Source: Chrysomallon squamiferum (lineage: Eukaryota > Animalia > Mollusca). Taken from it: a stretch of 64,000 nucleotides of DNA. The stretch spans positions 9,982,001 through 10,046,000 of the forward strand of contig CM022674.1 in NCBI GenBank assembly GCA_012295275.1. Reading direction: 5' to 3'. The notes below the pieces were generated by a model. That model was given only the letters and a program-made list of their open reading frames with translations, did no database searches and was not told where the DNA came from. Within the stretch, counting starts at the first letter, position 1, and the number at the start of each line of letters is the position of its first letter. The position numbers and the translations under genes were made by a program. Shown one piece after another: positions 42,001 through 54,953 of the stretch.

Positions 42001-45000
42001 TTATTAGCTCTAAAAAGTGATGTTTGTGTTTATTAGCTCTAAAAAGTGATGTCTGTATTTGTTTACTGGCAGTAAAAAGTGATGTTTGTGTTTATTAGCT
42101 CTAAAAAGTGATGTCTGTATTTGTTTACTGGCAGTAAAAAGTGATGTTTGTATTGTTTATTAGCTCTAAAAAGTGATGTCTGTATTTGTTTACTGGCAGT
42201 AAAAAGTGATGTTTGTGTTTATTAGCTCTAAAAAGTGATGTTTGTATTTGTTTATTAGCTCTAAAAAGTGATGTCTGTATTTGTTTACTGGCAGTAAAAA
42301 GTGATGTTTGTATTGTTTATTAGCTCTAAAAAGTGATGTCTGTATTTGTTTACTGGCAGTAAAAAGTGATGTTTGTGTTTATTAGCTCTAAAAAGTGATG
42401 TTTGTGTTTATTAGCTCTAAAAAGTGATGTCTGTATTTGTTTACTGGCAGTAAAAAGTGATGTTTGTATTGTTTATTAGCTCTAAAAAGTGATGTCTGTA
42501 TTTGTTTACTGGCAGTAAAAAGTGATGTTTGTGTTTATTAGCTCTAAAAAGTGATGTCTGTATTTGTTTACTGGCAGTAAAAAGTGATGTTTGTGTTTAT
42601 TAGCTCTAAAAAGTGATGTCTGTATTTGTTTACTGGCAGTAAAGTGATGTTTGTATTGTTTATTTGTGCTAAAAAGTGATGTCTGTATTTGTTTACTGGC
42701 AGTAAAGTGATGTTTGTATTGTTTATTTGTGCTAAAAAGTCCCACACACGGGCTGCCACACAAAGGTGCAGTCTGCCCTCCCATTCCTGCACAGGAGAAA
42801 CACTATATACAGACACACATATACACAAAAAAAAGAAAATAAATAAATAAATAAATCTGTTTACAAACCTCAATTCTTTCAAGCTGAGTTTCCATCATTT
42901 TATATTCACTGACTTTTGTTTGAAAGGTTTTGTCACTGAAAAAGACATCAGAGATCTACTGAATAAATGTTTATAGAATAATTAACTCGCATCTCTGTTT
43001 CCCTGAGGCATCAAAACATTATTAATTTTATCCTACCTATAACTAGAAGGCTGCTGGTTCAATGCCTCACAGAGGCAATACTGTCATTTGGTATGCAAAA
43101 CACATGGAATTATATGCCATGTAAGTGATTATAATAATAATAATAAATTTATATTGGTCTAACAAGATTGTTTACATATTACTGAAATAATTACTCTAAA
43201 GTTTGAAACCATCATAATTTTGTATCAAATCTCAGTTAACTCAAATGTGTCTAAGCCAGAAAGTACTATTAAATTATCAACCACTAAAATAGCAATATTC
43301 CCTCACTTGAACACAAATTTTAATAAGATATAAATTCTGTGTTTGTCTATGTGTGTGTGTGAGCACAGAACAATTTTATATATAATTTATATAATTTAAA
43401 ACATATTTTCAACATATTACATTATATTAAATGAATTTTTCTATTTGATAAAAATAAATTTAAAATATCTAGACAATCAATGAAAGCTGGCTGTGTGGAA
43501 AATTTCATTTATTACTTAAATTACTGAAATGTTACTTAATAGCTAATATGATGAACAATAAGATCTTTTATTTGAATTTTTTTTTAAATGTAGTATGTTT
43601 TAAGTGCTGAATGATCTATTTTGCTAAATGAGTTTTAACATTGTTTATTATTTTCATTAAATTGCAATTACCTAATTTCTGATTGCATGTTCTCCACTTT
43701 TGCAACAAACCACTCTTTGTATTGATCCTGAAAACATTAAAAACTGGTTGTAGATGCAAAGACACAGAGTTGATAATCACATTATGTTTTTAAATGACTG
43801 TAACAGACATGTAAATTACAATAATCATTTGTTGTTTTGTTTATTATTTTTGATAAAAAGTCACTTTTATGATTCTAACTTGAGAACAGAGCAAAAACAA
43901 GTAAGCTAAAATTATTTTTACAATACCATACATTTTAGATACCTTTTTGACTTTTTAAAATTTGAATGTGTCAAACAAAAAAATAAAAATTCATGATCCA
44001 TCAAAAACATTTACATAAAATTTAAAATTTATCATCTATTAAAATAGAAGCAATGACATTTTTCATTACTTTAAAATAATCTGTGGTCTTCTATTTAATA
44101 TAAATGAAAAAAACAAAAAAATTCACCTGCAGTAGAACCAGTTTAGCCTGGTCAAGGCTGCATCTGTCATATGTGAGTTTGATAAGGAGATGGGGAAGCC
44201 AGTACAAAAACAGTCGGAGAAATCCAACAGTCAGATATGTGAAAATCCACAAAACTATCTGTTTTCTTCTGTTTGGTTTGTATCCCCAGATTTCCTATCA
44301 TAAGAGGAACAAATAAAACATTAAGGCAACTTTATAAATCAACAATGACATTTTGTTTAAGAAAGTCTACAGTGCTGCACTGTATTAATCTACATCAGTA
44401 TTAGAACTTGCTCCCCCCCTCAGATTTTATGGAATGAACAATTAAATTCACAAACCATCTGATCATCATCTCTTGGGTTCACGTACAAATGACCTGGTTT
44501 AAGTGGAGGTGGTCCAGTTTTAACTACCTTATCCATTTTCTGCCCATGAGAACCTGCAGATAAAAATTCATCATTATATGCTTTCCTGTATAAAGTAAAT
44601 AGAGTATTAATTAAAAAGAAAAAGATATATATGTGTGTGAGTGTGTGTGTGTGTGTCAAAACCTTGTCACTGGATACTGTAGTGCAGACATTTCAGTTTT
44701 ATCTCCATAAAACAGAAGAAATCTTTGTACATATATTGCCTATATATGCTTGCCAACAGCCACACACACAAACAACAAGTATGTTAGCAAATATCAGGAT
44801 TTAAAATCACTTCAGTTTCAACCTTCACAAAATAAAAATGAAATAGTGTAAGGTTAATCTTCAAATTGACTGTGAAGTTAGAACAAAGTTCTTTTTACAA
44901 TAACATGAATATATGAATATACTAATTAGCTTGTTTATTGTTGTAGTTTTTTTTTTTTTTTTTGGAACTCAATATTTTTAATGCTAGATAGAGATAAAAA

Positions 45001-46115
45001 GATCATATAAAAATGCAAACAAATTTTTCCTTCTTGTGATACTGGTGTAAACAAATGATGTTTGTTGTCACTGAAATAAGTCTAGGCTGTCTAGTGGTGA
45101 GTGCTGACATACTTTTAGAAAATATATATATCTTTTACTTATATTACATTTTATTTTATTTATATAACCTCATTTTATAAAACTGAATGACAAAGCAGTG
45201 TATTTTTTCAAAAACAGATAAGCTCCACCCACTAGTCCTGTTTTAGTTACATAGACCTTTTTTATTTACACCAGTAGCATTCGTAGCTAGCTACTTGTGT
45301 CAGCAATGACAAGAAGTAAATAACTGGATAATTTTACAAGTATGGCATAGTAATGTCAAAGTGACTGTTTTGTAACTGCAATAGACATTAAAAAAAAAAT
45401 TCAAAACAAATAAAAATAAATCAATTGTTTTTAAAATGCATATATAAATACTGAACAAAAACTTTGCTAACAAACTGTAGACAAACTGTAACTGTAAGAC
45501 TATGAATATTGGTAGTACCTCGATTTAAATAGTCATTATATTCATAATATTGCTAATTGAAATTTAAGTAATAATTTGTTTTTATTATTTTAATATATAT
45601 TTATAATAATTATATTGATTTATTTGTAAGAAAACATGATGGAACAATCTGATGGCACATTCATTTACCTTATACTACGAAATGTAACAGGAGGAGGGTA
45701 TAATGATAATTACAATGATAGTACGCGAGTCCGTAAGTGGGCCAATCCTCTATCCCTACATTATCTATTTTTAGACTGTCGAAAACAGCATGTAATTTAC
45801 CTCAGTTCTTGTGTTACTCTTAACTTAATAACACAAATAAAATTAAAATAGCATAACAATCCTATTTTGTTTTATATAATCATCGTAATCATTATGATTA
45901 TTACGCAACATTACAGAATATGTATTTGGTAACATTTTCGCGTGGCCATGCCACATGCGATGAATGAGTAGAGACATTCACGCTGTATTGTTACTAGACA
46001 AATATCATTACATGGCTGTTTAATCACTTAACTACGTATAAATAAAAATATGTTTACACGTATAAAGATGTGTAAGTAAACAAAACGTTTATATTCCAAT
46101 ACCTCGGTTTCCCAT
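24090..46115 (-). CDS. ATP13A3: P5B-type ATPase (ATP13A2-5 family, polyamine-transporting ATP13A3-like), 31 coding exons, about 1224 aa
   Basis: Exons 5'->3': 46115-46103, 44553-44456, 44294-44127, 43727-43672, 42935-42869, 38388-38303, 37548-37474, 37248-37179, 36873-36739, 36261-36192, 35583-35452, 35116-34940, 34610-34465, 33948-33748, 33340-33279, 33002-32858, 32321-32211, 31817-31658, 31293-31173, 30934-30810, 30469-30297, 29705-29598, 29061-28982, 28519-28367, 28107-28011, 27808-27736, 26286-26136, 25657-25512, 25150-25062, 24707-24624, 24392-24090. All are GT-AG and in frame. Motifs: LTGES (actuator), PPALP (P5B-specific M4), DKTGT (phosphorylation site, split by an intron), [38 protein letters not shown]. 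Confidence 0.95.
24786..24820. repeat. (GT)n microsatellite in an ATPase intron
   Basis: Seen directly. Confidence 0.9.
26305..27610. repeat. Intronic minisatellite, about 24-27-bp variant units, in ATPase intron 26
   Basis: Tandem TTCATTCTGTACACATTA(CCCACCTAC / CACAGATAT) variants. These generate the spurious repetitive ORFs at 26214-27724. Confidence 0.95.
27809..28045. repeat. Degenerate ~50-bp tandem repeat copying the ATPase exon 25 end and donor site across intron 25
   Basis: The unit ATTACCCAG(T)ACAA..GTACAGACACAAACTG..ATCAAGAG recurs at about 27851, 27902, 27956 and 28006. The last copy overlaps the real exon. Confidence 0.75.
30525..30740. repeat. (AAT)n and poly-A low-complexity tract in ATPase intron 20
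   Basis: Seen directly. Confidence 0.9.
33387..33470. repeat. (TTA)n microsatellite
   Basis: Seen directly. It explains the poly-L and poly-N ORFs. Confidence 0.95.
38815..42740. repeat. 3.9-kb satellite array, 33-bp unit, filling ATPase intron 5
   Basis: Unit TAGCTCTAAAAAGTGATGTCTGTATTTGTTTAT, interspersed with the variant TGGCAGTAAAAA(G/C)TGATGTTTG. More than 100 copies, with no unique spacers. Confidence 0.97.
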
Positions 46116-47445
46116 TTTCGTCAAGTTCTTTTCTCCCTGGATTACACAGCGTGCGTCAACTTCCCTCCATCACACTCCGTATTACAACTAGTTAGTTTGA
46201 CCTTTTGACATAGCTAACCACCAGTCAGTTTGCATGTTTTGTTGCCTCATTCCAAAAATTGGTATCCTTTAATAATAATAATAATTAAAAACAATATATG
46301 TACCGGTGTTTACTTACTACCAGTTAGTGATGGCCATTAAATATTATTCAGTCACTTTTTTCACGCTCTATGATTCATAATAGTAGTAACCTGCAGATTT
46401 TAACAACTAACATAATAGTAACAGTAATAACAATAAAATGAAATTATAATATATATATATAACGCTAATCCCATTACAATTTTTTATAGTCTCATCAATA
46501 ACTGTTTTTCCTTTAGAAAATTATTTTGTTCACAAATATTTGTAAAAAAACAAATAATAATAATAATAATTAATTCATTTTAGAAGAATCATAAAATGTG
46601 TTTGTTAGCAATTTACATTAGCTGATTAAATAACTGGACAGTTATGTATTTATTTTAATTAATTTGTTTGTTTGTTAGTAGTAGTAGTAGTAGTAGTAGA
46701 AAAAGGCTATATTTTTTGTTTTGTTGTTGTTGTTTCTTTTTTTTACATATTTTTATCATATATATTTAAACGCTCCCCATCATCACTGCAAAAATAGAAC
46801 CAAAAATTCGAACTACTGTCCAGTTAATATTAAAAATAAAATAAGATTCCATACTTCTAAGTTATATACAGCAATGTAAATATGGATGTACGCAGGGGAA
46901 AGGCGTTTTTAGTTTTCAATTTATTTCCAATTTCCATAGTAGCATAGAGTCAGACACCTTTAGCTAGCCTCTGTCAGGCTTCTAGCAAATAAAGTCAACT
47001 AGTTTATTAGACGATAGGTATAAATAATAATAAATAATAATAGATAAAAAAAATATATAAATAATAATAGATAACAGTTAAATAGTATATTGTTCAACAC
47101 ATTTGCCAAGTAACAAAATTATTTTTAATTCTTATTTTTAATTTAATTTTAACTCCCCTCAGTTTCTTAAAACTCATTCCCATTCACTAACTGTACCTAT
47201 TATATTTATATAATATTTATATATTTGTTTGTTGAGACAAATTGTTTCGTCATTATACCATGTAGCATTATCTGAAGTTAAATTTAAAGTTCCGTCTGCT
47301 GTAGAAAGTTCAACCAAAGAAAGCTTTAATGAGCATCAGTAAATTAAGAATGCATTCTGTTATTATTAGTATTTAATTATTTTTTGATAGGTTATTATTA
47401 TCATTTATTTATTTATTTATTTATTTATATTTTAGATATTATTAT

Positions 47446-47482
<37 letters not shown>

Positions 47483-48141
47483 GTGTGGAAGGAAATAGTA
47501 TATCCATAGTGTTGCTATTTTCGACAGTCATTTAAAACAGCTATCTTTTTTGGTTTCTTTTGTTTCTTTTTCTTTTCTTTATTTCTTTATTTATTTTTAA
47601 TTTATTGAATTTCCACAGTAAGAAATTCAGACTCGTCCAGTTTCCAAAATGTTGCACGAGACACCCCCCTATTATTATTGTTGTTGTTGTTGTTGTTTCA
47701 ATGACTCTTGTTCATTAAATTGGTATCTGTACTTAAAGAATGAACAAAATAAATGAGGGTTTGTGTGTGTTTTATTATTATTATTACACTTTACTGAATA
47801 ATAAAATAATAATACAAATGACAAAATTCAAATGCTGTAGAATTACAATTCAAGCAGACTTGCAATACCAATTTTACAGTATTACTAACTTTACAAATGA
47901 ACATAGAAACAATCTATTTTTTTGTTTATAATATTCTGTTTTACTGTAATGTATATATTTTTTATCATTGTTTCCAATAATATTATAATGCGCTGAGTGA
48001 AAATATGTTTGCCGTTGTTGTTATCATTATTCCAAGCAACCATTCTTATTACATTTGTTGCGCATTACTGGAACCAGTCTACAATATTTGTCAAAAGTCA
48101 AGCACGTTTGTACATTTGATATTCGTTTATTCCAAATAAAA
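46116..48141. promoter_or_regulatory. Divergent (head-to-head) intergenic/promoter region of the ATP13A-like gene and MRPL20
   Basis: The start codons are about 2.0 kb apart on opposite strands. CpGs are locally retained near both starts. A GGAAGTTGACGCA ETS/CRE-like motif lies on the minus strand at about 46154-46166. Confidence 0.55.
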
Positions 48142-51100
48142 ATGGTGTTTTTAACAGTCCCTTGCATGATCAGAAGCGGTGGCCCGCCTAGATACTGGAA
48201 GCGTGCGATGTACAGACGAATTACATGGGTATGGTTTGACAACATTATTTTATAATTATATTAATTTCATTCTGAAGAATCGAGAAAATAAGACTTGTAA
48301 TTCACTAATTCAGTAATTGTATTAAAAGTGGTTCGTACTTGATTATGTCATAACCATGTGTGTTAAAATAAAACCTACATCGCAAGTTAGATTATGTATT
48401 GTAAATAATCTTAGAATTAACTATTTAATAACTTTAAATCGATACAAAGATGTCGAAATATTTATTTTTAATTATTATTATGTAATATAAAATGTTAATG
48501 TAAGTTTTTAATCAGTATTTTGCAGCGTTTTGTTTTTGTTTTACTGATAGAACAGATGAAGAATCTGTATAATTCCACTTTTATGTAACTTATTAAGTTA
48601 ACACACTGACACTGGAAGTTATGCCATGACCGAAGTATTATAGTATAAGCAAAGAAACTGAAACAAATTTAGTGAAGATTATAGCTTTTTAATTTGGCAT
48701 CAATTATTTTTTTTATTTTTTTTAAATAAATAAATAAACGAGATTATAATAAAAAGCAATGTGCCTTTTGAAAAATAAAATAGTGCTCATATAAGATGAG
48801 ATTGCAGCTAAATATTAACTAGTGCTTGAATTATATTATTTTGTAAAGATATATTTGGCATCCAGTAATTTGAAGAATAATTTTCTTAATAACATTTTAA
48901 ATGTGATGAGAAGGATACAAGCATTAAATATGTCAAATATGTTTTATGATTTTTTCTCATTAACGGTAACTTGAAAATTCAAGCTGTTTTTATTTCAGCA
49001 TTACTTTGGTAGAAAAAGGAACTGCTATGGTATTGCAATTAGATATGCTCGTCGAGCATTACGTTTCTCAAGTGAAGCACGTAATCTGAAGAAAAGAAAT
49101 ATGAAATCGGTAATGCATTTATTTTATAATTTTAGTTTAAATTTAACTGAAATTTTGTGTTGAGATAAGATTAACCATGCTAATATTTTTATTTTTATGC
49201 AAAATGCATTAAGTCACATAAAACAAGTTTGGTGTTTATTTTGAGGGCTTCAAGAAACATTGTTTTTTTTAAATTATTAAGTTTATTAATTTGTTTATAA
49301 TCAGGTTTCTAAAAAATAAAGTAATTGACTTCTTACATTTATTTTACATTAAGTTGATGAGTTGTTAAAAAAAAAAATTGTCATTTTTTTCAAGCTGTGG
49401 GAGACAAGGATCTCAGCTGCATGTAATGAACATGGTCTTTCCTTTGATGACTTCATGATCTCTCTTGCCCAGGTAACATCCAGAGATGATTAATTCTTTT
49501 AAATATATAACTAATTACCTACTATATGTTCTTTATCTAAAATAAATTATCTTTTTAATCCAGGGGTCTACAAAGTGGTTGATATCATCTATCAGGAGGT
49601 AATGAAAAAAACTTTTATATTGTCAGACGTGGAGCAGTCAGTTTAAATTCAAACTTTTGGAATTATGTAAATATTGTTAATAAGTAAACAAACATCATGC
49701 TTATATGCATTCCAGTGTTCCTATCTGGTTGACTGTTGAAAATCTTAATACTGAAGAAGCTGGTAATTATAACAAGTAATTAATCAAACGCAGAAAATAT
49801 TACTACTCGTATAAAAAATTATAACCCTATCTATCCTGTTAGAGATATTGAGTATTCAGTTAGCTCTTGGAAAAGAAATGTAACACATTTTATTACATTT
49901 TTCTTCATTAGAAGAATTGTGATCACCAATAGAGGAAAAGCATTTATTAAAAGGTCAATAAAAGATAGCACTTAATATGTTCATCTGAACTTATAATCAA
50001 ATATTTTCTTATCATCTTAATTGTAATATTTCTAATCATTAGATGTCATTAATTTATTTTCAAAGTAACAAATTCATTACAACAAAACTAATGTGGTTGT
50101 CCTAGAAACATCTGGCATGTCAGCCTTTTTCTCATACTTTGTGTAAAGTCTTATTAGTTTATAGCAGGTTTATATTAAGGTTAACAACTGCTAGTTTAAC
50201 TTAATATAATTATATATATATATATTATATAAATATATGTAACAAAGTAGTTGATTTCTGCCTATAATACCTTTACAAAGATAAACACAATTTAAAAAAT
50301 ATATAAATAAATAAAAGAAATAGAAAAAAATTATTAACCAAATTAAAACTGTTTAACAGTTGATTTAAATGTTTTAAATGACTGTACACTAATGCTGAAA
50401 TGTTTGGTTTATTGTCCACAGTGAAAAAAATTTCATTTTCTGCAAACAGGACAAACGGAGATTTAAATGTTTTAAATGACTATACACTAATGCTGAAATG
50501 TTAATTTTTTCATTGTGGACAATAAACCATTCTTTTTCTGCAAACAGGACAAACAGAGAGCAGTACTAATATTTGTAAGATAAGTGATACAGTAATGTTT
50601 TAAGGGGTTTTTATATGCATAGAATTATATATGTTCCAAATTCAAAATTTCTGACACAAATTGTTTTCAAGCTTCTGCCTAAAAAGGATAGTATGAAAAT
50701 AAGCCTTGATTAAAAAAACAAAGTTTAACAGTATTTGCAGTTTTTTATGGTTATAGGGTTGGTGTTATGTATTATCATTATTATGTTTTCTTTGTATAAC
50801 AATGTGTTTGCAAAGAACCTGAAACATCAGAAAGAGATTTTTTTTTGTTAATGTTTTATAAAGGGTTGTGTCAAAAACTAAAAAATAATTTTGTTTCTTC
50901 AAATTTTGAAATATTTCAGACAGCATTTCCCTTAAAAAAAGAAATGCCCCTTGAATACCTGGTAATGGTTTACGTATAATTTTGTAATATTTTGTTTATA
51001 TTTCAGTCAAACATTGTTTTAAACAGAAAGGTTTTGGCAGACATAGCAATATATGAACCTAGGTCTTTTCAGGTAATATTTCAGTATTTATTTCAATGCA

Positions 51101-51390
51101 GTTCATTCACTAAGCCGTTGTCTGTAGAAATAATAATGAACAATGAAGAACTAGTCCAGTTTTCATTCTCTTTTTCATCATCTTTAAGCAAATTTTTATG
51201 CATCTTCTAACTTTGCATTTTTTTTTTAAATATATATTTTTTTAATCATCAACTTTTTCAGAGTTTGTGTGAATTTTCTAAGAAAAGAGCACATGAAATT
51301 GGACTTGAAGCAGCAACATTACCACCTCCAACTGGTGTCATAACCCGTGGAATGTTTCTAGAGGAGAAATCAAAAAGCCAGCCAAAGTAG
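48142..51390 (+). CDS. MRPL20: Mitochondrial ribosomal protein L20 (bL20m), 156 aa
   Basis: Exons 48142-48228, 48999-49109, 49395-49472, 51007-51072 and 51262-51390, all phase 0 and GT-AG. Translation MVFLTVPCMIR...HYFGRKRNCYGIAIR...ARNLKKRNMKSLWETRISAACNEHGL...LNRKVLADIAIYEPRSFQSL matches L20 family signatures. Confidence 0.95.
50361..50560. repeat. ~99-bp tandem duplication with an internal micro-inversion in MRPL20 intron 3
   Basis: Two copies of GATTTAAATGTTTTAAATGACT.TACACTAATGCTGAAATGTT...TTTTCTGCAAACAGGACAAAC. The central ~28 bp is reverse-complemented in the second copy. Confidence 0.85.
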
Positions 51391-52491
51391 TTTTAATTTA
51401 CGATTAGCAGAACATTTCAGAGTAGATTAAATAACACTGAGCATCATTACTTACAAAAACATCTATTTTGTTGTACAAACACAGAATCATAAGACAGTGT
51501 TTATCAATTTTTGTGGGATGAATTTATGTTATTGTTTTTAAAATAACACAGAACAAATATACTGTGTATAATCACAATAAACAATGGAAGTTGAGAATTT
51601 AGTGTAATAATTTATTGGTATGAAATATTTTTAACAGCAGAATCTGAGATGGGTAAAAGTAGTTATTTGTTTTGAGTTTTAAAATTAAAAGCTCTGTATA
51701 GGAATAATTAAATATAGGACATTTTTCCCCATAAATATGAAAAAAAATCAATCTGGTATAAAGAGAAGCAGTATTAACATGCTATATTATGTAATTACAT
51801 GACTTTCATTTTATTCTTTGGCTTAAACCATTTCCCAAAATAAGATGATTATAAATATTTTTGAGTTATACTTTCAGATTTATCTATCTTCGATTTTGAA
51901 CTGGGGGGGGGTTGGTTTTTTCTCTCTGTAGGAAGGAACTGCTATGTAAATGACCATGATTGTTTCCATTATATTATTGTATGTCATGGGTAATAATGCT
52001 GGCAAAATATTGACACACACAAAACAATAACCATTGCACTGCCAGATTTTGCAGATACCAGAAACCAGTGTGAATAATATAAAAAAAAAAAAAAAAAAAA
52101 ATCAGGGTTAGCTTTCAAAGTGGACTGTGATGATTTGAATGGTGGAACTATCAAATAAATGGCAATTTGATGAGCTGTTAGACAATAAATGATTCGCCCA
52201 TTTTAATAATGTGTGAGACAGCTGGACTAATCAACAGTTCATCCATCCCTACAATGAATTGAATTAGAATTCTGTTTGTTTTGTTTAATATGAACAACAA
52301 ACAAAAAATATTTATTTAATATTTGTTCTTATTTTATCGTTTCAGTCTTGTATACAGAAACAATATGATGTCAAGATTCTATACATGTAAACATTAGTAT
52401 TCTGATAAAATATCTATAGTTAGCCAATGTGTTTAATGAAACATACTTTTGCATTAAATACAAGATTATCTGTCTTCATCACACTTCGTAT

Positions 52492-54910
52492 TCATGGGTT
52501 TGGTTTTAAATATTTCCACAGATGTTTCAGACCGGTTCTTTCCAAGTTAAAAAACAGCTTGGACACAGTTGGATCAGAGCATTTCTGTTTCCAGTGGCAA
52601 AGTAGTTGAAAAATAACCTCCTCCATCCCTCCTGCCGTGTAACTTTCATCAAATATTTTGTCCAGTGCTTCTCTTGAAATGCCAAGAAATCTTACTGAAA
52701 AAGAAAACAGTTTTGTTAGTATATCATACGCTACAAAATTGATTTAAAACAAAAAACATATCGCTTATTGGATGTCAAACAAAATGCTGATTATTTTGTT
52801 TATAAAAATTCAAAAATTAATTATAGCACAGTGTAAAGAGGTGTGCAAAAAAAAAAAGTACCACAATTTATTAAAATTAAAATCTGTATCTCAAATTTTT
52901 TTTAACAAGATGGACAATCCTTTTTCAATGCGAGCATGACACAAGACTATCTCATCTTTCCTGCAATGCCTGTAGTAAGACTGCCAATCACCCAGGTGGC
53001 TTGACAGAATATACCAGTAAATGTGATGTTTAAAATCATTGTAAGGCACACCAACCTCGACATGAGACAAATCTAAAGCAGACTTGGCAGAAGAATCTGC
53101 TTCTTCATTGCCGCTGATGCTAACCTGAATGGTTATCCAACAAAAAACTATATTTTTATTGGCAATATGTAACATGACATGCTTTTCTATTCCCAAGTAA
53201 GGAATGCTCCAACCTCATGGTAAAGAATTAAGACATGAAAGTGGGTCTATGAAAATAATAATTCTGGATGCAAAGGTATGTTTAATTTCTTCCAGGCTTT
53301 AAGAACTTCTGAATTTCATCAGTTACAACTGATGCCTAATCAGGCAACCTCATTGAGAAAGTTATGTCTGACGGAAAAACTGTAGCACAAGCTACAGAAC
53401 TCCCATTCCACAATCCATCTGTATAAGCTATAAAATAATTAAAATGTTTTATTGTACGATTGGAAGCAAATCGTTTAAGTAATATTTGTTAAGAGTTATA
53501 TTAGTTATTAAGACTGCATCATCTATTTCATTAAATTCATACACTCTACATAAACATCATTATCTCATTCCATTATGTGTCTCATCATCTATATTAATGG
53601 GGGTTTTTCAGTCAAAAATATATTCAATATCAGCTGAAATATTAATAAAACTTCAAAGCCTCAATTTTGAAATTGGCTGTAATTTAATATCTTACTCAGT
53701 AATCTCCAAGGGTCACCAACATTTCGTGCAACATCTTTCAACTGGTCAACACTGACTTCTTCATTAGAGTCTGAAAATAAAGAAATTAGATACAGAAAAT
53801 AATAATATTTTTATATTTAATCTTTTTATTTACACGCAGATCAGCTGTAAAAATCAGTCCAGCCCCTCATTATTTAGATGATGTTTCTAAAAAATGGATC
53901 CTCATGATAGTAAGTCAATAGAGGCTTTAAAAGATATGCTATATATGTATAAACTAGAATCTAGTTATCTGGTGGTTGTGGGAGCCTTCTAATGTACCCA
54001 GACCTAAATCAGGTATAATCAGAGCTAGAAAGAAGGCAAAAATATAAATAGGATGTCAAAATTATAACATATGAGAAAATACTTATGACATGTTAATACC
54101 CTTTCAAAACCAAACCACTTGCACTCAAATAAAGTAATTCTTACCACGCACAGACTGAATATCCTCCTCTTCTGGTGAATCACTGTCATCACTATCATCA
54201 CTGTCATAATCCTCTCCTGATGCATACATGATATTATGATTTCCAATCTGAATTTGTCGATTACCTTGTATCAAATACAAGTTATTTACTTGATCTGAAA
54301 ACGTAAAATGTATATATAATTCAGAATATATAAAATATATTTAAATTTTAAAAATCAAACATTAAAAGAAGGAAGAAATGTTTTTTTAAACAATTTTATA
54401 AAAATATGGCATCGTACATATGTTAAAAACATTATAAAAAGCAAATCTACTCCTAACATACTAAGAAATATTAAAAAAACAAAACAAAAAAAAACTTACT
54501 TCCAAACTTAAATTTCTGGCCTGCATCTAAAATTATAAAGGTAATATTTACAAAAATATGATGTTTCATAATTATTTTATAATTAACCATTCAAAATGAA
54601 GAACTTGTAAAATTATTTTATTACATATTTATTTTCAAACACTTTTTAAAAACCTAACAGTGGCATGTTTTGTAGCATTCTTGAAGGTTGTCAGTAATTG
54701 TGAGAAAATATCTTTTTGAATCAAGCTAAATTACTAATTAATAATTTGGGGGGGGGGGTCTTCAGACATGACATAATTAAAAAAAGAAGATAAAAAAGAT
54801 ACTTACTGTGTCCAGTTTGAAATCGTTGCCATTCATCTGAAATTATTTCAACACATATAAGATTTTCTTAGATCGTTTTCTTTATTTTTCTTCATTATTA
54901 TTATTATTAT

Positions 54911-54953
<43 letters not shown>

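Noticed and set aside
38815-42740. CRISPR-like array or repetitive protein ([11 protein letters not shown])n
   Set aside because: The units are contiguous with no unique spacers, there are no cas genes, and the array lies in a eukaryotic intron. The ORFs arise only because 33 is divisible by 3.
24090-46115. Non-canonical (U12 or GC-AG) introns in the ATPase
   Set aside because: All junctions I reconstructed are GT-AG and lack the GTATCCTT U12 donor.
52427-52609. Plus-strand 60-aa ORF duplicated at 59301-59483
   Set aside because: It is the antisense shadow of the death-domain exon and its UTR, duplicated only as part of the segmental duplication.
54025-54246. Minus-strand 73-aa ORF (also at 60499-60720)
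   Set aside because: It is the wrong frame of the RHIM exon running into the intron. The splice phases support the IQIG frame.
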